64,000 nt of DNA, from positions 7,669 to 71,668 of the forward strand of contig JBGUTP010000007.1 of assembly GCA_045133095.1 (NCBI GenBank). The letters run 5' to 3'. Below are positions 57,253-64,000 of the stretch, piece by piece. Within the stretch, counting starts at the first letter, position 1. The number at the start of each line of letters is the position of its first letter. The notes beneath the pieces are model-generated. The model saw only the letters and a program-made list of their open reading frames with translations, was not told the origin of the DNA and made no database searches. The position numbers were made by a program, and so were the translations under genes. The DNA is from Candidatus Enterousia sp. GTDB lineage: Bacteria; Pseudomonadota; Alphaproteobacteria; Rs-D84.

Positions 57253-58809
57253 TCAGAACTTTGCATTTACCCCGATACGCACACCCAAAGATTTATAGAA
57301 AGATTCAATTTCACCATTTGCTGTGCAGACCCATCCTGGGCATTCTTCTTCCAACTGAACAATATTCTGTGCGACCGCATCGTTTGCCAGCATCTGATTT
57401 TCATCACCACCATACAGATTTTCCAATCTATCGTTATAGATACCCATATAGTAATCCTCGCTCAGATATGTTTTTGCATCGGCATCACTTACACTGTAAT
57501 AGTCATAGGTAACCCCAAACGACAAAGACACCGTATTTGAAATTGCGGTCGCCCAACTTGCCCCCATCCCCAGATGCAATGCCGAACCAACACCCGCTTC
57601 ATCTTCCACCGACTTAGGATGTTCCCAGTCAAATCGATATGGCTGATTACCTGTTGCCTTATACGATGGCAATCCCAATTCCACATATGCATTAACATAA
57701 TTATCCTTATTGATGTCATACAGCATATCCAACGCCACATACGGTCCTGACCACTGCACTTCGTATTCATGGCTGACCCCTGGCTGGTCATAATAATATG
57801 TCCCACCAGTATTTACAAAATCATAAGTCTCCCCTGTTTCTGGATCTACTGGCACCTGGATTTGGTCATCTAAATCAATTTTACCATCACCATTAGTATC
57901 ACCACGCGTTGCCAAGAATTGATTTCCCGCCTGGTCATAGAAAATCAGCACTGGGTCACATTGCACTTCATCACTACCTGGCACACTGATGCATCCGCCA
58001 TCACCATCAAATGTATCGATTGCCAACCCATGATTATTGTGTGTTTCCAATTTATACTTCAAATGACGCCATCCGATTGACGGGCTAAACTTAACATTTC
58101 CCCATTTAAACAGGTCAACAAACCCAAACCCCACATTAAATTCCATCAAAGAACCATCCTTGCTGGTTCCAATAGACAACGCACGTCCCAACTGGTCCCC
58201 CAGTGTATCATACTTAATACATTCGCCATTAACGTCTGTTTCCAAACACGTGGCCCATTCTGTTACGAAATACCCACCATTAGTAACGTCATCGTCAACC
58301 ATGGTCGATTCACCCGCCTGCATTCCATACTTAAATCCCGCCGTGGCTTTCATTTTTGTATTACCACCGAACACAAACCCTGCGTTTATATCCAGCACAT
58401 TCCAATCCACATTATCATAATGCAAAATTGATTCAGACTCTTTCATTTCGAACTGCCACATAGACGTCTGGCGTGACAATCCGCCGCCCAAATAGAATCC
58501 ATTTTTATCTGCCTGCACGGTGCTGCGCTGTTGTGTTTGTCTGGCGGCTTGCGGCTGTGTTGTCCGCACTCCTTGTGTATTTCGTGTTGCGCTATAGCCT
58601 GCATTGGCATATTGATTTCTGTTATACGGCGACACCCCTTGCTGTGAATAAGTGGTGCTTCTTGTACGTTGCGTGCCTGACTGTTGGGTATATCTGCTGA
58701 CCTGTGGCGATTGATAGTTCCCGGTATAATAGGTCCCTGCAGCATTTGCGGCGGCAGGTATCAGCAACAAAGCGGAACACTTAAACAGCAACCCAGACAA
58801 ATATTTCAT
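57253..58809 (-). CDS. Outer-membrane beta-barrel protein, omptin-like pattern
   Basis: Signal peptide, Q/T-rich linker, beta-strands, C-terminal GVRIGVNAKF. Confidence 0.6.
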   Translation of the reverse strand: MKYLSGLLFKCSALLLIPAAANAAGTYYTGNYQSPQVSRYTQQSGTQRTRSTTYSQQGVSPYNRNQYANAGYSATRNTQGVRTTQPQAARQTQQRSTVQADKNGFYLGGGLSRQTSMWQFEMKESESILHYDNVDWNVLDINAGFVFGGNTKMKATAGFKYGMQAGESTMVDDDVTNGGYFVTEWATCLETDVNGECIKYDTLGDQLGRALSIGTSKDGSLMEFNVGFGFVDLFKWGNVKFSPSIGWRHLKYKLETHNNHGLAIDTFDGDGGCISVPGSDEVQCDPVLIFYDQAGNQFLATRGDTNGDGKIDLDDQIQVPVDPETGETYDFVNTGGTYYYDQPGVSHEYEVQWSGPYVALDMLYDINKDNYVNAYVELGLPSYKATGNQPYRFDWEHPKSVEDEAGVGSALHLGMGASWATAISNTVSLSFGVTYDYYSVSDADAKTYLSEDYYMGIYNDRLENLYGGDENQMLANDAVAQNIVQLEEECPGWVCTANGEIESFYKSLGVRIGVNAKF

Positions 58810-58915
58810 GATAAAAATCCTTTTTTCCATTAACTAAATTTACTTCTGTTAAAATTTTATCATAAAAAGTGTTGAAAAACAAATTACTTCTTGTAAAAAT
58901 AGTCGCACCGACGAT

Positions 58916-59000
58916 GCGACCATGGCGGAACTGGCAGACGCTCAGCACTAAGGATGCTGTGGGGCAACCCGTGGGGGTTCGATTCCCCCTGGTCGCACCA
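58916..59000 (+). tRNA. tRNA-Leu(AAG)
   Basis: 85-nt type II tRNA: GCGACCA/TGGTCGC-A-CCA acceptor, CAGCA-CT AAG GA-TGCTG anticodon arm, variable arm GGG-GCAA-CCC, A73. Confidence 0.93.
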
Positions 59001-59066
59001 CAAAACAATCATATTTTCCACTTGCCCCGGTTTTAATAAATTTGCTAAGATTCTTTCGTACAAGGA

Positions 59067-61889
59067 ATGAAGGGCTTCAAACTAATTTTTGCTGCGATAT
59101 GCGCACCGCTTGTTTTACATGCGGCAACTGCTGATGATGCGGTTGATTTGTCACGTGCGGCGAACCGTCGCGACACCACAACCACGGTGACCAGCACACG
59201 CAAAAAAACCGACACACCAAAGAAAGCCACCACGAAACAAACTGCTTCACGCACTGCGGACACGGCTACTGCGCCACGCGAAACGCCCCACGTTGGCAAC
59301 CGGGCGACAACCGCCCCCCGTCCTACGGACAAGGCCGTAACGGCACGCACAACGTCAACCGTTCTGCCCCGCACTATCAAGACAACATCTGTGCGCACAA
59401 CATCGGCACGTCCGGCGACAACCACTGCCCGCACGGCGACACGAACCACTGCGCTTTCCACGCCATCACGCACGGACGGCGCACGCGCCGCCACTGATAC
59501 TGCATCCCGCGCCCGCACGGCAAAGATTGCGCGCGCCACGACCAGTGCGGACATCCTTAACCGCGACTATTCCAAATGCCGTCAGGTTTTTCACGATTGC
59601 ATGGACGAATTCTGCGCCAACAAGGACAACCAACTTAAACGCTGTGCCTGTTCTGCCCGCATGAACGAATTTGACAAGACTAAAAAAAGCCTGGCCTCTG
59701 CCGAAGACAAACTTCTTGATTTCAGTCAACGTCTTTTAACCGTCAACATGGACGCCGAAGATGCCATGGCAATAAACACCGCGACCGAAGGTGAAATTGC
59801 CTATGCTGCCAAGGACACATCTAAGTCTAAGAAATTACTGGACGAAATCGCAAAAAAATTAAACACCAGTTTTAACAACAGCAACTTTGACCAAAATCTG
59901 AACGCGATATCGCTGTCATTGAACACGGACATGGCATTTGATAGTGTCAGTTCGATGATGGGCGCATCCACCACCAGCAAAAGTGGCACAGACCTGTATC
60001 GTTCGGCATTACCGATATGTCGTCAAATGACACTTGAAATCTGTGACCAGGCGGAACTTGACATCGCAGAAAGCAGTTATTTAATGGCAATCGAACAAGA
60101 TTGCAACACTGTTTCAAAATCCTATCAGACCCAGGTTGACCAGGCACGGACCAAGGTCCTGGAATCAAGCGCACTTCTTGACATGTCGCGCCTTGACATT
60201 TATCAACAGCGCAATTCCGACGACATCTTGACCTGCAAGCGCAAGATGCTTGACATGTTGACTGACTCTACCATTTGTGGGACGGACCTGGGAAAATGTC
60301 TGGACACATCTGGTCGCTATATTGATCCGACCACTGGCACGGCATTTTTGACGACGGACCTGTGGCAGTTATCTAAATTAATCGAACGCCCCACCGCACA
60401 ACAGACATGGACCAACGCCCCTGGCAACTATATGTTTGTAAACTTTTTAAATTCCAAAAAGACCTATCTTGAACCTGCCATGGAAAAATGCCAGGACATA
60501 TCAGATTATGTCTGGGATTCATTTCTTGAAGATGCCCTGGCGCAAATCAAACTGGCCCAGGATTTAAAACTGGAACAGATGCGTCAATCCTGCACGACCC
60601 TGACGACGCAATGTTTAGATGAAACCCTGGATTCTATCACGGAATTTGATGCACGTGCGCTGTCTATTTTTGGTATTGCGGCGGACCGCACTGTAAACGC
60701 GATGTGTGCCAACGTAACCAACGCCTGCACTGCACTTTTAGCAAACACTGGCGATATCAAAAAAGAATGGGAAAAGGGCATGTCTGGCATTGCCACCGAC
60801 AAAACCTATGAATCCATTCTGCAAACCTGTCGAGAGATTGGACGTTCCTGTATTATTCAGGTTTGCACATCCACATCGGGCAACTTTGGACTTTGCGAAA
60901 GCATTGACACATCCATTAACCGCAAGGCTATTATCACCGGCACCGCCTGTTGGGACAAGGTCAAGGAATGCGTACTTAGTGCCGGCGACGCCCTGACGGA
61001 CATAGCTGCTAAACACCACAGCGAAAATTTCCTTACCGAAGTTTATGGAACCGCCCCATCCCCCTATTACTCTGTTTGTACAAACGAAGATAAAGATGCC
61101 TACGCCTGCCTCCTGACGGAACGCATTTGGGGGCATTGCGAACACTCACCAACCGACAAGAACAACCCAACAAACAAAATCATAATCCCATCCGACAACA
61201 CATCGACCCTGCTGGCTTGGTTTGCGGTAAACACAGGCACCAACAACCATCCCGACAGTTGCCGCGACACATCATGCCCGCCCGGTTACACCCTTAATGC
61301 AAACGGTGAATGCAGCGAAATCGGCAATGTCGATATATGCGGTAACGATTGCAATAGCAACAAAATCACAGTTGCCAACAATATTGTCAACTGTTGCAGT
61401 GGCGACGTACTAAACAACAGCATCTGTTGCGCATACCACACAACAACTGGTACCATCGCCAACAATTCGTACGTATTCGGCATCACCGACACAAACAAAG
61501 GTACAACGTTCTGCAAGGCTTCCGACACCAACACCGCACCAACCCTGGTTGCCGAATACACCCTTAATGACGATAAACACCTTGTAATGTGCTATGGCAC
61601 GGTCAACTACCAACCGGACGACAACGGTACTGATGCCTATCCAAACGGAACCAATATCGTGTGCAATGGACAAATGGTTATTGTTAACACCAAAACAAAC
61701 ATTCACAATGTAATCGGCGGCAGAACCACAAACTATATCCAAACCGGACCCGGCGCAACATGCACAACCAACGACGGCGCATGGAACTGCAATGGAATTA
61801 CGGGAATACAGGGGCACATCGTCGGCGAACCCACCGCCTGTAAAACACAAACCAGGGCGGAACAAGAAACATCAGGAACCAACCAATGA
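59067..61889 (+). CDS. Large secreted Cys-rich protein (940 aa)
   Basis: Signal peptide, T/A/R-rich linker, [18 protein letters not shown] domain, T/N/C-rich C-terminus. Confidence 0.8.
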   Translation: MKGFKLIFAAICAPLVLHAATADDAVDLSRAANRRDTTTTVTSTRKKTDTPKKATTKQTASRTADTATAPRETPHVGNRATTAPRPTDKAVTARTTSTVLPRTIKTTSVRTTSARPATTTARTATRTTALSTPSRTDGARAATDTASRARTAKIARATTSADILNRDYSKCRQVFHDCMDEFCANKDNQLKRCACSARMNEFDKTKKSLASAEDKLLDFSQRLLTVNMDAEDAMAINTATEGEIAYAAKDTSKSKKLLDEIAKKLNTSFNNSNFDQNLNAISLSLNTDMAFDSVSSMMGASTTSKSGTDLYRSALPICRQMTLEICDQAELDIAESSYLMAIEQDCNTVSKSYQTQVDQARTKVLESSALLDMSRLDIYQQRNSDDILTCKRKMLDMLTDSTICGTDLGKCLDTSGRYIDPTTGTAFLTTDLWQLSKLIERPTAQQTWTNAPGNYMFVNFLNSKKTYLEPAMEKCQDISDYVWDSFLEDALAQIKLAQDLKLEQMRQSCTTLTTQCLDETLDSITEFDARALSIFGIAADRTVNAMCANVTNACTALLANTGDIKKEWEKGMSGIATDKTYESILQTCREIGRSCIIQVCTSTSGNFGLCESIDTSINRKAIITGTACWDKVKECVLSAGDALTDIAAKHHSENFLTEVYGTAPSPYYSVCTNEDKDAYACLLTERIWGHCEHSPTDKNNPTNKIIIPSDNTSTLLAWFAVNTGTNNHPDSCRDTSCPPGYTLNANGECSEIGNVDICGNDCNSNKITVANNIVNCCSGDVLNNSICCAYHTTTGTIANNSYVFGITDTNKGTTFCKASDTNTAPTLVAEYTLNDDKHLVMCYGTVNYQPDDNGTDAYPNGTNIVCNGQMVIVNTKTNIHNVIGGRTTNYIQTGPGATCTTNDGAWNCNGITGIQGHIVGEPTACKTQTRAEQETSGTNQ

Positions 61890-63055
61890 CACGCATCCTT
61901 ATTGCAATTTCATTAATAACATTCACCCTAATTCAAAATGTCGCACTTGCATACAGCCGCGAAGAGTGCAACACTCAAGGTAGCGACCAAAGTACGTGCG
62001 AAGAAAATCCATTCTGTTATTTTCAGGACCTGAATTGCATATCCTGCGAGCTAAACACTGTACACGACCCTTATTCACCAAAAGATACACCATGTATAAC
62101 CTGCAGCGACCTGCTAGACGACGCATTCACCCCATACTCAATTTTTGACGACACAAAGATTGAGGGGTTTTCAAGCTCATCATTCGACAAAGAAAAACTA
62201 CAAGGATATTGTTACAAAGAATGCCCAACCAAGCCTTCATGCATTGCACCATCAATAGCACCATCGAATGATGATGCTTCACCAAAAGCAACCAAAGCAT
62301 ATTATGGCAATGAATGCGACTATGGTGATTTTAATTGTGACAACAACTATCACGCCAACAAAACAACCGGTTGTTGTGATGCCGATATCATCACAAATGT
62401 CACCCTACCCGCGATACAACATTGCACGAACAAAAAAGGGGTAAAGATATGGCAAGGCAATGGTTATCTGACATTCTGCACAGAATGCGCGACGGGCTAT
62501 CACCTGGAAAACACAAAGACAGCGACAACAACCAATGGCACAAACACAACCTATGGCACATGCGTAGCCGACACATCACTATGTTCAGAGTTAATAAAAG
62601 AACCTTGTGAAACGAATGGCACAATCACAGGCAACGCGGATTGGAGCACAGACAATGGCAAATACGACTACTCTGCCTGCACATGCGCCGCACTTACACA
62701 AGATGACCAGGGAACGTGTGGCACGGTTTACAACACATGGGATGGTACACAATGGACTGATTCAGAAACCAAATGTACCACATGTATCGCAGGTGCCTGC
62801 TGGGACGGGACCCCAAACAATAAATGTGCCCCGGCTCAACAAGGCTATTATTCCCCCGCGACGGACGCAGAATGCTATAAATGCCCCGCCGGCTCAACAA
62901 CCCCCAGCAATAAAGTAGGCGCCCAATCGCTTGACGAATGCAGCCTTACCCCCGGCACAACCAAATTCTGCAGCAATAACAACACAAACTGCTTTACATT
63001 GCCCACCAACGCCAAAACAATCCCGGCATCTAAAACAGCTTCATCCCAACAATAA
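61886..63055 (+). CDS. Secreted Cys-rich protein with GCC2/GCC3 (ephrin-receptor-like)-type repeat
   Basis: Signal peptide, about 30 Cys, CAPAQQGYYSPATDAECYKCPAGSTT. Confidence 0.7.
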   Translation: MTRILIAISLITFTLIQNVALAYSREECNTQGSDQSTCEENPFCYFQDLNCISCELNTVHDPYSPKDTPCITCSDLLDDAFTPYSIFDDTKIEGFSSSSFDKEKLQGYCYKECPTKPSCIAPSIAPSNDDASPKATKAYYGNECDYGDFNCDNNYHANKTTGCCDADIITNVTLPAIQHCTNKKGVKIWQGNGYLTFCTECATGYHLENTKTATTTNGTNTTYGTCVADTSLCSELIKEPCETNGTITGNADWSTDNGKYDYSACTCAALTQDDQGTCGTVYNTWDGTQWTDSETKCTTCIAGACWDGTPNNKCAPAQQGYYSPATDAECYKCPAGSTTPSNKVGAQSLDECSLTPGTTKFCSNNNTNCFTLPTNAKTIPASKTASSQQ

Positions 63056-63560
63056 CACGGTTTATCGCATCAATTTGTGCCGCACCAAACCGCCCCAGGA
63101 CCCAATCCGCCGGATCCATTGGCAAACCAAAATCACGCGGATGCCCTATTCCAATTCTTATCCGTCTGTAATCACGCCCAACATGCGCATCAATGGACCT
63201 TATACCATTATGACCGGCGCTGCCCCCGCCGACTTTTTCGCGGCAATCACCAACCGGAATATCCATATCATCGTGAATCACAACTATATTTTCCAGTGGT
63301 ATATTATAATATGTCATCAATGCCTGAACCGCCACACCGCTGTTATTCATAAAGGTCTGGGGTTTGGCAAAAATTACACGTCGTCCATCAACATCTGCAC
63401 GTGCCACCAGTGCATTTTTTTCACTTTTCCATTTTACCCCATCGCCCGCCAGCATATCGACCGCCATAAACCCAACATTATGACGTGTCATTGCATATTC
63501 GCCCCCGGGATTCCCCAGTCCAACAACTAAAATCGGTTTATTTTCTTGCATACTTAACAC
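63030..63560 (-). CDS. pth: Peptidyl-tRNA hydrolase
   Basis: VGLGNPG.EY..TRHNVGF, KPQTFMN.SG, HDDMD, GHNG, RIRIGIG. Confidence 0.96.
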   Translation of the reverse strand: MLSMQENKPILVVGLGNPGGEYAMTRHNVGFMAVDMLAGDGVKWKSEKNALVARADVDGRRVIFAKPQTFMNNSGVAVQALMTYYNIPLENIVVIHDDMDIPVGDCREKVGGGSAGHNGIRSIDAHVGRDYRRIRIGIGHPRDFGLPMDPADWVLGRFGAAQIDAINRVIVGMKLF

Positions 63561-63596
63561 CCTTTTTCTATCATAATATCACAGAAAGGAGAAAAC

Positions 63597-64000
63597 ATGA
63601 AAATAAAATCACTTGGTATTTTAACTGCGGCGGCTGTAATGTTATCTGCGGGCGCGGCAAATGCAAATTTCCTGTTTGATATTTACGCGGGTGGCACGTA
63701 TGGCATTGGCGGCTATACTGTCTTTGCGGACGACGACCACCAATCTTATTCATCACAATCTTATGGCGCGGTTCTGGGCATGGACATTCCATTGTTTCGC
63801 TTTGAATTAGAATACAATTATTTGGATGCCGACGAATTAACAATGAACATGGGTTTAATTAACGCGTACTTCAAATTCCCTGTTCCTGTTGTAAAGCCAT
63901 ACATTGGTGTTGGTATCGGTTCCACATTTTCCAGTAAATATGAACCATCTGCCGCGCCACACATTGACATTGACGACACCATGGTATATCAGGGCATGCT
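63597..64000 (+). CDS. Outer-membrane beta-barrel (OmpA/opacity-porin-like), partial
   Basis: Hand-translated MKIKSLGILTAAAVMLSAGAANA..RFELEYNY..NAYFKFP..KPYIGVGIG; SD AAGGAG; runs off the window end. Confidence 0.8.
   Translation, partial: MKIKSLGILTAAAVMLSAGAANANFLFDIYAGGTYGIGGYTVFADDDHQSYSSQSYGAVLGMDIPLFRFELEYNYLDADELTMNMGLINAYFKFPVPVVKPYIGVGIGSTFSSKYEPSAAPHIDIDDTMVYQGM

Noticed and set aside
59045-59554. Long Val/Arg/Ala-rich antisense ORF and similar shadow ORFs across the window
   Set aside because: These mirror low-complexity or skewed coding sequence on the opposite strand and carry no independent signals.

Overview
Gene-dense, compact bacterial chromosome segment. Gene content (rho, lptC-lptB, RodZ, Rhodospirillales-type OmpA, alphaproteobacterial HTH) points to an alphaproteobacterium. 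A reduced host-associated lineage such as the gut Rs-D84/'Ca. Enterousia' group is my inference, not tested. It carries housekeeping genes (prmC, htpX, tdk, rho, msbA-like, rpsU, lptBC, prfA, hisS, tkt, rnhA, rlmE, uvrA, dusB, pth), five tRNAs, a TolC/HlyD/ABC exporter operon, a rearranged ~13 kb aryl-polyene-type fatty-acid/glycolipid cluster, and several lineage-specific Cys-rich secreted proteins. Most notable: (1) a four-copy structured repeat with compensatory base changes, sitting in tRNA T-loop-like context and bracketing a Cys-rich secreted gene between tRNA-Arg and tRNA-Pro; (2) a tRNA-Leu with the rare AAG anticodon; (3) a stand-alone SRP54/Ffh M-domain protein; (4) repeated -10 boxes 6-7 nt before start codons, suggesting leaderless mRNAs; (5) an orphan spanin-like gene pair. 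I saw no integrase, transposase, cas gene or rRNA.
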